A DNA stretch of 64,000 bases from Pseudonocardiaceae bacterium (GTDB taxonomy: Bacteria; Actinomycetota; Actinomycetes; Mycobacteriales; Pseudonocardiaceae). Location: assembly GCA_050699435.1 (NCBI GenBank), contig JBOHGM010000007.1, forward strand, positions 3,928 to 67,927, given 5' to 3'. The translations under genes were made by a program, and so were the position numbers. Below the pieces are notes generated by a model. The model was not told the DNA's origin, searched no databases, and saw only the letters and a list, made by a program, of their open reading frames with translations. Positions 41,421 to 49,715 of the stretch are shown here, piece by piece; position 1 is the first letter of the stretch, and each line of letters starts with the position of its first letter.

Positions 41421-42962
41421 TTGTATGCCGTCTGGCACCATGTCGCGATGGTCGCAGCTGAGAATCGTGTGTCGATTCGGAGGAGCCCTGCAGCGCCCGC
41501 CTGGGTGAACCCGGTGGCTGTCTGTGGCATCGCTGGCGCCCTGGCCGGGGGCCTGTTGTTCCTGATCGCTCATCGCGGATTAAGTGACGACGGTTACATC
41601 ACAATAGACTACGCGCGGAACCTTGCATTCCACGGGCATTGGGGGGTCATCCCCTCGCTGACGGCGAACACCGCCACGTCGCCGCTGACTGTGGGCCTGC
41701 TGGCGGCGATCACGGCGGTGGTGCGCGCGCCGGTGCTGGCGGTGGGACTGCTGTTGATGGCCACCACAGCGGCCTCCGCAATATGGCTGCTGCGCATCGC
41801 GGAGCTGACTCGGCTGTCCCGGTGGCTACTACCGGCGCTCGGGGTGGGGCTGCTGCTGTCCAGCCCGCTGCTTGCTTCCACGGTTGGCCTGGAGACCTAC
41901 CTTTGCATCGCGCTGTTCATCGGCCTGGTGCGCTATGCATTAGCAGGGCGGTGGCTAGCCACCGGAATTGTTAGCGGACTTCTGATCCTGGGTCGGCCTG
42001 ACCTCGCCGTGGTCGATGTCGTCGTCGTGCTGGCCGTGGCCGCGGCCCGGCGCCGGGCGCTGCGCAGCGGCCTGGTCGCGGTGGCGGTCGCAGCACCCTG
42101 GTATCTCTTCAGCTGGTTCGTGTTCGGCTCTGTGCTGCCGGACACATTTTTTCTGAAGACCTATGGTCAAGGGTGGGTGGGCGTCCACTTCGCCACCGGA
42201 CCGCTGGCGTATCTGACGTGGCACCCGCTGGCGGCCGCTCTTACCTGGCTGGCTGCTGTATGTGGCCTGGTGGCGCTGGTCGGCTGGGCAGCGCTGGCCG
42301 TTCTGCGACGAGGCGTGGTTACTACCGGTGCGGGTCAGGCCGCAGTCTCGTTCGGGCTCGGCGGAATTGCCCATGCGGCGGTTTTCGCCATACTGAGGAC
42401 TCCGCCGTCCCACTGGTATTATGGACCTGTCGTCGCTGGTCTTGTCCTGTGCGCGGCGGTGACTGCGCTGGTCGTGGTTCGATCCTATCGGGTTACCAGC
42501 TTTCGCGGTGTAGCCGCGCTCGGGTCGGTGTCCCTGGTGATACTGGCCGCGGCCGGTTACGAGGTGGTGCGGGGCGTGCCGTGGGAGACGGCACCTTTTG
42601 ACACCAACTGGGCCACCCCCGCCGAGTACCAGCGCGCCGGCGAAGACATTTCCAAGATGATACCCGGTGCAACAGTGCTGAGCCCCAGAGAGGTCGGCAC
42701 ATTGGCCTATTACTGCGACTGTGAGATAGTCGATTTCATATCCGACCCGGGACGCACTGAACATGACATTTCCCGCCATATGCAACAGTCCGGTCCCCTC
42801 ATACGCCAGCTATTTAAGCTGAACTACATGCACCGGGTTGCGGCAGCACCTAAGCCGGCGGAGTACGTACTGGTGTGGGAGGAGACGTGCGTGAACGCGA
42901 TCGGTGAGTGGCCGAGCAGTTACGGGTCCGGCACTCTCTGCCTCAAGAAAGTTCTTCCGTGA
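41421..42962 (+). CDS. polytopic membrane protein, GT-C-like glycosyltransferase candidate
   Basis: It has about 12 hydrophobic spans. After the first TM comes an acidic loop (HRGLSDDGYITIDYARNL), reminiscent of GT-C catalytic loops. It sits between relA and ppiB. The function is inferred only. Confidence 0.5.
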   Translation: MYAVWHHVAMVAAENRVSIRRSPAAPAWVNPVAVCGIAGALAGGLLFLIAHRGLSDDGYITIDYARNLAFHGHWGVIPSLTANTATSPLTVGLLAAITAVVRAPVLAVGLLLMATTAASAIWLLRIAELTRLSRWLLPALGVGLLLSSPLLASTVGLETYLCIALFIGLVRYALAGRWLATGIVSGLLILGRPDLAVVDVVVVLAVAAARRRALRSGLVAVAVAAPWYLFSWFVFGSVLPDTFFLKTYGQGWVGVHFATGPLAYLTWHPLAAALTWLAAVCGLVALVGWAALAVLRRGVVTTGAGQAAVSFGLGGIAHAAVFAILRTPPSHWYYGPVVAGLVLCAAVTALVVVRSYRVTSFRGVAALGSVSLVILAAAGYEVVRGVPWETAPFDTNWATPAEYQRAGEDISKMIPGATVLSPREVGTLAYYCDCEIVDFISDPGRTEHDISRHMQQSGPLIRQLFKLNYMHRVAAAPKPAEYVLVWEETCVNAIGEWPSSYGSGTLCLKKVLP

Positions 42963-42971
42963 TGCACCGTT

Positions 42972-43844
42972 TCAGCTATTCACCTGAACGGACTGCAGCG
43001 TGACCGGCTTGTTGGGCTTGCCACCGCCGGGGGAGGGTTCCAGGGACCCGTCGTCGCCTGCCTGGGCTATCCGGTCGATCACCTGCAGGCTCTCGGGGGA
43101 GATGGTGGCGAAGACGGTATAGCTGGCGGGGAGCGCAGCGTCGCCGTAGATGAGGAAGAACTGGCTTCCGCCGCTGTCAGGTTGGCCGGTATTGGCCATC
43201 GCGACGTAGCCGCGTCCGTAGGTCAATCCGGGGAAGACCTCGTCGGGGATGGTGTAGCCGGGCCCGCCGTTGCCCTGGCCGGTGGGGTCGCCGCATTGCA
43301 GAACCTGCAGACCGGGGTTGGTGACCAGGCGGTGACATGGGCTGTCGTGGTAGAAGCCTTGAGTGGCGAGGCTGGTGAAGCTGCGCACCGTGCAGGGGGC
43401 CAGTGCCCGGTTCAGGGTGAGCGCGATCGGGCCTGCGGAGGTCTGCAGGGTGGCCTGCAGGGTGCCCTCGGCCGAGGTCGGGCCCGCCGGTGGAGGTGTC
43501 ACCGGCTTGGCCGCAGGCTGTGGGCTGGGCGGGTATTGACAGTTCACCGTGGCAGGCAGCGGTTCAGGACGGGTCGGTGCTGGTAATGCCTCGGCGGGGA
43601 TCGGCGGAGACTCGCTGCTCGGTGCTGGCTGGAGCGGCGGTACGGACGGTTCAGCAGCGGTGTTGGTCTGCTCCCCGCTGCTGAGGAAGCTAATCAGGAC
43701 GACAAGCCCGACCACGAGCACGACGGCCGCGGCGCTGCCGATCACCGCGTACATCCGGCGCCGCCTGGCGCGCTTCGCGCGGCGGGCAAGCTGGCGGTCG
43801 AGTTTGCGCTTCGCGGCCTCGCGGCGCTGCTCGTTGGTGGGCAC
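42972..43844 (-). CDS. ppiB: membrane-anchored cyclophilin-type peptidyl-prolyl cis-trans isomerase
   Basis: From the GTG at 43844: a basic N-terminus, a TM segment (VIGSAAAVVLVVGLVVLISFL), a Pro-rich linker, then the cyclophilin core (FHRL-like HRLVTNPGLQVLQCGDPTGQGNGGPGYTIPDE, MANTGQPDSGGSQFF). Confidence 0.88.
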   Translation of the reverse strand: MPTNEQRREAAKRKLDRQLARRAKRARRRRMYAVIGSAAAVVLVVGLVVLISFLSSGEQTNTAAEPSVPPLQPAPSSESPPIPAEALPAPTRPEPLPATVNCQYPPSPQPAAKPVTPPPAGPTSAEGTLQATLQTSAGPIALTLNRALAPCTVRSFTSLATQGFYHDSPCHRLVTNPGLQVLQCGDPTGQGNGGPGYTIPDEVFPGLTYGRGYVAMANTGQPDSGGSQFFLIYGDAALPASYTVFATISPESLQVIDRIAQAGDDGSLEPSPGGGKPNKPVTLQSVQVNS

Positions 43845-43973
43845 CCGGACTCCTGTAACTCGGCGGTGATCGCCGGGCAGTCTAGGCGGGCGGCCTGTGA
43901 AGCGGGCGTCGGGCTCGCCGCGTTGGCGCTCGTTAGGCTGGCGGTGTCCCCCTCCGCAGCGGAAAGGGTCGCC

Positions 43974-44663
43974 GTGCTTGTCGCTGGCTTTCCGACCGGC
44001 TCCTTCCAGGCCAACTGCTTCGTGCTGGCGGCCGATGCGGGTGGCCCGTGCGTGGTGGTCGATCCGGGCGAGGGCGCCGAACAGCGCCTGGACGAATTGC
44101 TGCGTCAGCACCGGCTCGACCCGGTGGCGGTGCTGCTCACCCATGGGCACTTCGATCATGTCTTCGCGGTGGCCCCGGTGTGTGATGGCAACGACATCCC
44201 CGCCTGGATCCACCCCGAAGACCGGATGCTGCTGACCGACCCGCTGCGCGGACTGTCCGCCGATGCGCGGCAGTTCTTCGGTGGCCGAGTGGAGCTCCGT
44301 GAGCCGCGCGAGGTGCGCACTCTCGATGACGGGATGTCTCTGGAGCTGGCCGGGTTGACCCTCGTTGTCGACCACACGCCGGGCCATACCCGCGGCTCGG
44401 TGACCTACCGGTCGGCGACCGAGGGGGGACGAGGTCTGCTGGTCTCCGGTGACACCCTGTTCGCCGGTTCCATCGGACGCACCGACTTGCCGAGCGGCGA
44501 CCACCAGCAGATCCTCGCCTCGCTGCGGAACAAGGTCCTCGTGCTGGACGACGACACGGTCGTGCTGCCCGGCCACGGCCCTGCCACCACGGTCGGCAAG
44601 GAACGCGCCAGCAACCCATTCCTGCACGGCCCTGCCACACCCCGGATGCCTCGGGGGCTATGA
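43974..44663 (+). CDS. MBL-fold metallo-hydrolase (glyoxalase II-like)
   Basis: It reads NCFVLA, THGHFDH and TPGHTRGS. The GTG at 43974 follows GGAAAGG. A start at 43866 would leave only 21 bp for the divergent promoters. Confidence 0.85.
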   Translation: MLVAGFPTGSFQANCFVLAADAGGPCVVVDPGEGAEQRLDELLRQHRLDPVAVLLTHGHFDHVFAVAPVCDGNDIPAWIHPEDRMLLTDPLRGLSADARQFFGGRVELREPREVRTLDDGMSLELAGLTLVVDHTPGHTRGSVTYRSATEGGRGLLVSGDTLFAGSIGRTDLPSGDHQQILASLRNKVLVLDDDTVVLPGHGPATTVGKERASNPFLHGPATPRMPRGL

Positions 44664-44694
44664 CACTGACACACCAACGGTTACTGATCCAGCG

Positions 44695-45267
44695 CTATGC
44701 CGCCCGAGGCGGCTCAATGGCAGACATTTCTGCGTTGGGGTCGGACGTCGGGTAGCGGATCACTCCGAGGATCACGAGATGCCGGTATCTCGGATGCGGG
44801 AGGACTTCGATCCCGGAGGCGTAGCAGGCACTGACGAGGATCTGGCGAGCCGCGAGGAAGTCCTCGGCGGTGACCCCGGCTGGGCACCAGATGAGGATCT
44901 GCTCGCCGTACGTCTTGGGGGCACACCACAGAATCGCGGGGAGCCGCCCGCGGCGGGTATGGATCCTCGCCTGCGCGCAGCCAGCCCGGAGCCGGTGCGG
45001 GGTCAGGATGCACCACGCCCGGGCGACGAGCCGGTGGCGAGCGGCCGGCCAGCCGATGAGCAGGGTGGTCACCGCGGTGACAGCGAGCAACGCCCAGTTC
45101 GGGCCGAGGACGTCGACCAGCGCCACGAGGGTGAGCGCGATCCCCGTGAGCAGCGCAAGCTCGTAGCGCCAGCGCCAGGTCAGGACGAGGGGGTTGGGAC
45201 GGGCGGGCGGCTCGATCGCCTGCTGCAGCGTGCTCAGCAGCCAGTCGGCGCCGACGCTTCGGCTCAT
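44695..45267 (-). CDS. hypothetical two-TM membrane protein (resembles plasmid/AICE-borne proteins)
   Basis: The ATG at 45267 overlaps the upstream stop (ATGA). The product reads MSRSVGADWLLSTLQ...WRWRYELALLTGIALTLVALVDVLGPNWALLAVTAVTTLLIG...RRGRLPAILWCAPKTYGEQILIWCPAGVTAEDF. Confidence 0.5.
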   Translation of the reverse strand: MSRSVGADWLLSTLQQAIEPPARPNPLVLTWRWRYELALLTGIALTLVALVDVLGPNWALLAVTAVTTLLIGWPAARHRLVARAWCILTPHRLRAGCAQARIHTRRGRLPAILWCAPKTYGEQILIWCPAGVTAEDFLAARQILVSACYASGIEVLPHPRYRHLVILGVIRYPTSDPNAEMSAIEPPRAA

Positions 45268-45539
45268 GACGCAGCCCCCAGTGGATCGTCTGCCAGAGTG
45301 TGCCGGATCGTGCCGTGCCCTCCGCACGATGGGCACGGCTCGGCTGCGGTCCCGCCGTCACCGCCGCACGCCTCGCACGCTGAGACCAGGTCCCACCGTG
45401 GATCCCGGTAGATACGGCCGAATCCGCTTGGCGGGCGGGAGATCTGCCAGCCTCGAGCGCGTGCTGCGGCGTCCTCAGCGGCGAAGAGCGGGTCTTCCCA
45501 CCTCCTGATCAGTTGACCGAGCGAGCTGTGGGTCTGCAA
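45264..45539 (-). CDS. small zinc-ribbon protein (CxxCxGxG ... CxxCxGxG)
   Basis: 91 aa with the motif SACEACGGDGGTAAEPCPSCGGHG. It is translationally coupled to the downstream membrane protein gene. Confidence 0.5.
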   Translation of the reverse strand: MQTHSSLGQLIRRWEDPLFAAEDAAARARGWQISRPPSGFGRIYRDPRWDLVSACEACGGDGGTAAEPCPSCGGHGTIRHTLADDPLGAAS

Positions 45540-45723
45540 ATTTTTGCTCCTTCCGTCGCCCCCGACAGTCGGATCTTTTGCGGATCAGGATTCCGTGCCA
45601 AAGCACGTGCAAGGAAATTTCTCGGGCGGAGTTGGGCTGCCTCGGGCGGCTCGGACGGGCCGGACGACCAGGAGCGGGATCACACAGACTCGGACCGAGT
45701 CGGACCGAGTGTGAGGTCATTTT

Positions 45724-48372
45724 GTGATCCACCGCCGGGGGCTGGAGCATACTGATGCGGTGGATGACTACGAAGCCCTGCCCATTCCTGAGCCAGTCAC
45801 GCACTTGTGGAACTGCGTGAAGCAGGCGCTGGCGGCGAACGAAGATCCTTCACCTCGCCGCATCGATCGCATGGCCGCGGCTGCCGGCCTTGAACTGGCA
45901 GCGAGCACGATCGCAGGCTGGTTCGAGACGTGGTCTGTCGTCCCGACATGGGAGAAGTTCGAGGTCTTGATCAAGGCGTTGGCCGCCGAGCATGACAAGG
46001 ACTGGCGCACGCTGCACCGAGCGGCGCTCGTGGCCGACCGTGAGCGCAAGAGGGAGGAACGGCGAAGCAGAGATCTGGGTCGGCCGGATGCTCCGGTAAC
46101 CACGCCGCCCGTGGGTTCGCCCGTGGCCACGAGTCGGCAACTTGATCCACAGCCCTCGGCCCACAACGGCTTCGCCCCGACGGCGATGCGGGATGGCATT
46201 GCGGGAGCTTCCGCCGACCAGTCCTCAGATGCTGCAGTTGCCGTGCCCGCTGCCGTGCACGGCAACGTCTACGGCGACCTGTACCTGCATCAGCTTACGG
46301 GCGGCTCGACACCCGAGGCTAGGTCGGTGCCGCGGCAGCTTCCGGTGGAAGTGGCGCATTTCACCGGCCGGAGCGCCGAGCTGGCGAGGCTCGATGCCCT
46401 CCTCGTCCAGGAGGATGCGGCTCGGCCCGCCGCCATGGTGATCTCCGTGGTGGCCGGTACTGCGGGGGTGGGCAAGACGGCCCTGGTGGTGCATTGGGCT
46501 CATCGGGTTCGCGAGCACTTCCCCGATGGGCAGCTGTTTGTGAACCTGCGCGGCTATAGTCCTGGTTCGACGATGAGCTCTGAGCAGGCCCTCGAAGAGT
46601 TCTTGCGGGCCTTGGGTGTTCCTGCCGAGGGTATTCCCGCCGGGTTGGAGGCGCGGGCCGGGATGTACCGTTCCCTGCTCGACGGGCGCCGCGTGTTGAT
46701 CGTGCTGGACAATGCCACCAGCGCCGAGCAGGTACGGTCGCTGCTGCCTGGCTCACCGACTTGCCGGGTGGTGGTGACCAGTCGCAGTCGCCTGTCTGGC
46801 CTGATCGCCCGGGACGGAGCCAGCCGGGTCACGCTGGACCTGCTGCCCCCGGCCGAGGCCATCGGGCTGCTGCGGGATGTCATCGGGGCCGCCCGGGTCG
46901 CCGCCGAACCCGGGGCGGCTGCCGAGCTGGCCAGCCGGTGCGCGTTTTTGCCGCTGGCGTTGCGCATCGCGGCCGAGCGTGCCGTCACGCACCCCCACGC
47001 CACGCTGGCTGACCTCGCCGACGAGCTGGCGGTGCAGCGTGACCGCCTGGACCTGCTGGCCATCGCCGAGGAGGAGGATGAGACCACCGCGGTGCGTGCG
47101 GTGTTCTCCTGGTCCTACCACGCCTTGCCGGCGGAGGCAGCGCGGGCATTCCGGCTGCTCGGCCTGCACGCCGGACCCGACATCAGCGCCCCGGCCGCCG
47201 CCGCGCTCACCAGCACCACCCTCGCCCAGGCGCGGCGGTTGCTGGAAACCCTGGTCGGCACGCACCTGATTGAGGAGACCGGGCGAGACCGGTACCGGTT
47301 ACACGACCTGCTGCGGGTCTATGCCGCCGAGTGCGCGACGGCGGAGGACACCGGCCGCGACCGTGCCGACGCCGTGCGCCAAGCGCTCACCTGGTACCTG
47401 CACACCGGCGACGCGGCCGCGCGCGTGCTGAACCCGCACCGCCGCCGCGTCCCCCTCGAGCATCCCGAGAAAGCCTGCTCGCCGCTGGAGTTCCCGACCT
47501 ACCGCCAGGCCCTGAACTGGTGTGAGGCTGAACGGGCGAATCTCGTGGCAGCCACCCGCCAAGCCGCGGAGAGCGGCGAGCATGTCATCGCCTGGCGGCT
47601 TCCCGTTGCCCTGTGGGATTTCTTCAACCTGCGCAAACACTGGGCCGACTGGATCACGACCCACCACATCGGCCTCAGTTCCGCTCAGCACCTCCAGGAC
47701 CGGCAAGGCGAAGCCTGGGTCTGGGGCGGCCTCGGTATGGCCTACTTCTTCCTCCGGCAGCACCAGGAGGCCCTCGATCACTTCCAGCATGCGCTGCCCC
47801 TGTGTCAGGAGACCGACGACCCATGGGGTGAGGCTATGAGCCTGCTCGGCCTCGGCACCGCCCATTTTTATCTGGGTAAGTACGAGGACGCCGCCGACTA
47901 CTCCCAGCGCGCACTGAGCATCTGCCAGGAAGTCGACGACCCATGGGGCCATACTCTCGCCCTGCTCAACATCGGCGCCGTCCACCGGAAGCTGCAGCAT
48001 TTCGAGGAGGCTCTCGACTATTTCCAGCGGGCCCTGGCTGTCGCCGGCCCCGTGCATGACCAAGCGGGCGAGGCCATGACACTGCATAACCTCGGCGCCA
48101 CTTACCGGGATCTTCATCAGTTCGAGGAGGCCCTTGAGCATTTCATGCGGGCGTACACTACTTTCCGCAAGATCAGTGACCGATGGGGCGAAGCCCAGAC
48201 CCTGCGCCAGATCGGTGATGTCCTGCAGCACCTCAACCGGATGGAGGCGGCAGTCAAGTACTGGAACCAGGCGCTGCCGATCTTCGAGGATCTCGGCGAC
48301 TCGGCCACCGCAGTGAGGGTCCGAACCAGCCTGGAGATAGCTGATACCGACAACCTGGATCAACGACGGTAA
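45724..48372 (+). CDS. STAND NTPase: N-terminal HTH-like domain + NB-ARC + TPR repeats
   Basis: 882 aa. The N-terminus has STIAGWFETWSVVPTWEKFEVLIKAL. Walker A is GTAGVGKTALV, and a Walker B-like RVLIVLDNA is present. The NB-ARC winged-helix region has FLPLALRIAA. The C-terminus carries about 8 TPR units (GEAxxLxxLGxxYxxLxxxEEALxxFxxAL). Confidence 0.85.
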   Translation: MIHRRGLEHTDAVDDYEALPIPEPVTHLWNCVKQALAANEDPSPRRIDRMAAAAGLELAASTIAGWFETWSVVPTWEKFEVLIKALAAEHDKDWRTLHRAALVADRERKREERRSRDLGRPDAPVTTPPVGSPVATSRQLDPQPSAHNGFAPTAMRDGIAGASADQSSDAAVAVPAAVHGNVYGDLYLHQLTGGSTPEARSVPRQLPVEVAHFTGRSAELARLDALLVQEDAARPAAMVISVVAGTAGVGKTALVVHWAHRVREHFPDGQLFVNLRGYSPGSTMSSEQALEEFLRALGVPAEGIPAGLEARAGMYRSLLDGRRVLIVLDNATSAEQVRSLLPGSPTCRVVVTSRSRLSGLIARDGASRVTLDLLPPAEAIGLLRDVIGAARVAAEPGAAAELASRCAFLPLALRIAAERAVTHPHATLADLADELAVQRDRLDLLAIAEEEDETTAVRAVFSWSYHALPAEAARAFRLLGLHAGPDISAPAAAALTSTTLAQARRLLETLVGTHLIEETGRDRYRLHDLLRVYAAECATAEDTGRDRADAVRQALTWYLHTGDAAARVLNPHRRRVPLEHPEKACSPLEFPTYRQALNWCEAERANLVAATRQAAESGEHVIAWRLPVALWDFFNLRKHWADWITTHHIGLSSAQHLQDRQGEAWVWGGLGMAYFFLRQHQEALDHFQHALPLCQETDDPWGEAMSLLGLGTAHFYLGKYEDAADYSQRALSICQEVDDPWGHTLALLNIGAVHRKLQHFEEALDYFQRALAVAGPVHDQAGEAMTLHNLGATYRDLHQFEEALEHFMRAYTTFRKISDRWGEAQTLRQIGDVLQHLNRMEAAVKYWNQALPIFEDLGDSATAVRVRTSLEIADTDNLDQRR

Positions 48373-48380
48373 CCGCCGGT

Positions 48381-49640
48381 TCAGGGACGGTATGCCACGT
48401 GAGCGATCTCGTCGCGCCGGGCGACGAGCGCGGCTAGTGCCGTGGTGATCGGGACAGCCGCGACCAGTCCGATACTGCCCACCAGGGTCCGCACCACCTC
48501 CTGGGCGACCTCCTGCGCGGTCACGAGGGTGCCGAAGCTCTGCCCGGCCAGCGAGTAGGCCAGCAGCAGTGGCAGTGCGGCCCCCGCGTAGGCCAGCGCC
48601 AGGGTGTTCACCGCTGAGGAGATGTGGTCGCGGCCGATCCGCAGCGCGGAGCTGTAGAGCGCGCTGGCCCCCAGGTCGGGATTTGCTCGGCGCAGTTCCC
48701 ACACCGCGCTGGTCTGCGTGACCGTGACGTCGTCCAGCACGCCCAGTGCACCGATGATTATCCCAGCGAGCAGCAGACCGCGGGCGTCGATCCCGGTACC
48801 CAGCACGCCGATCAAGTTGGCGGTGTCGGAACCCAGTCCGGTCAGCTTCGTGGCGGCGGTGAAGGCGGTGCCCAGCACGCCGATCAGCGCGAGGCTGAGC
48901 AGGGTACCCAGCACCGCCGTCGAGGTCTGCGCGGAGAACCCGTGCGTGAGGTACAGCACACCGAACATGATCACGCCGGCGGCCAGCACGCCGACGATCA
49001 CCGGATCGGCGCCGCCCAAGATGGCCGGGAACAGGTAGACCACCAGCACCGAGAAGCTGAAGCCGAGCGCGACCAGCGAGGCGAGGCCCTTCCACCGCCC
49101 GAGCAGCAGCACCGCAACGGCGAACAGCGCCACGAGCCACAGCATTGGGGCGCCCCGCTGGAAGTCGACGACCTGGTAGGACAACTCGTCGCCGGGATCG
49201 CCGCCGCTGTAAGCCAGCACGATATCGTCGCCGACGGTGAATCTCGGCGTGCTCGGCTCGTCGGGCAGGACTTGCTGGATGGTCTCGCCGCGAGAGCTAC
49301 CCTCGGTGAGCTGCACGGTGAGCGCGACGCACTCGCTGCCCTGGTCGGCCTCCGCCGCGTTGGCGCCGGTGCAGGGGGCGGAGACAGCCTCGAGCACCTC
49401 GCCGTGCACCGGCCGCTGACCGAACCCGAGGTCGGCATCGCTACCTGGTGGCTCGCCGCTGGGCCAGGTCAGCCCCACTCCCACCAGGGTGGCCAGCGCA
49501 AACGGCACGAGTACCGCGACCAGCAGCAGCTGCACCCGAGAGGAGGAGGGCACCGGGGGCCCGTGGCCGTGCCCAGACCCGACTGGTTCAGCGGTGCCGT
49601 CGTGGCGGTGCCGTCCGGTCCTGCGGTCTGGTCCACTCAT
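48381..49640 (-). CDS. YibE/F family membrane protein
   Basis: 419 aa. It has an N-terminal extracytoplasmic domain, then multiple TM segments with GLLLAGIIIGALGVLDDVTVTQ and AYAGAALPLLL motifs. It converges on the STAND gene with an 8-bp gap. Confidence 0.8.
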   Translation of the reverse strand: MSGPDRRTGRHRHDGTAEPVGSGHGHGPPVPSSSRVQLLLVAVLVPFALATLVGVGLTWPSGEPPGSDADLGFGQRPVHGEVLEAVSAPCTGANAAEADQGSECVALTVQLTEGSSRGETIQQVLPDEPSTPRFTVGDDIVLAYSGGDPGDELSYQVVDFQRGAPMLWLVALFAVAVLLLGRWKGLASLVALGFSFSVLVVYLFPAILGGADPVIVGVLAAGVIMFGVLYLTHGFSAQTSTAVLGTLLSLALIGVLGTAFTAATKLTGLGSDTANLIGVLGTGIDARGLLLAGIIIGALGVLDDVTVTQTSAVWELRRANPDLGASALYSSALRIGRDHISSAVNTLALAYAGAALPLLLAYSLAGQSFGTLVTAQEVAQEVVRTLVGSIGLVAAVPITTALAALVARRDEIAHVAYRP

Positions 49641-49715
49641 CGGCTGGGCGTCCCTCTCTGGTCGATACTGCCGATGTTCCTAGCGGATCGAACGTCTGTT
49701 CGATATGGTGGGTTC

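Noticed and set aside
43845-44627. Upstream 260 codons of the 551-aa minus-strand ORF containing the cyclophilin
   Set aside because: This part is antisense to the MBL hydrolase gene. The cyclophilin homologue starts at GTG 43844 with its basic/TM N-terminus.
47299-49140. 613-aa minus-strand ORF overlapping the STAND gene and the YibE/F gene
   Set aside because: It overlaps the STAND NB-ARC/TPR frame on the opposite strand and the YibE/F gene in another frame. No motifs are present.
48624-49673. 5' 350 codons of the 1004-aa plus-strand ORF (48624-51638)
   Set aside because: This part is antisense to the YibE/F membrane gene. Only the region from about 49674/49716 onward matches radical-SAM proteins.
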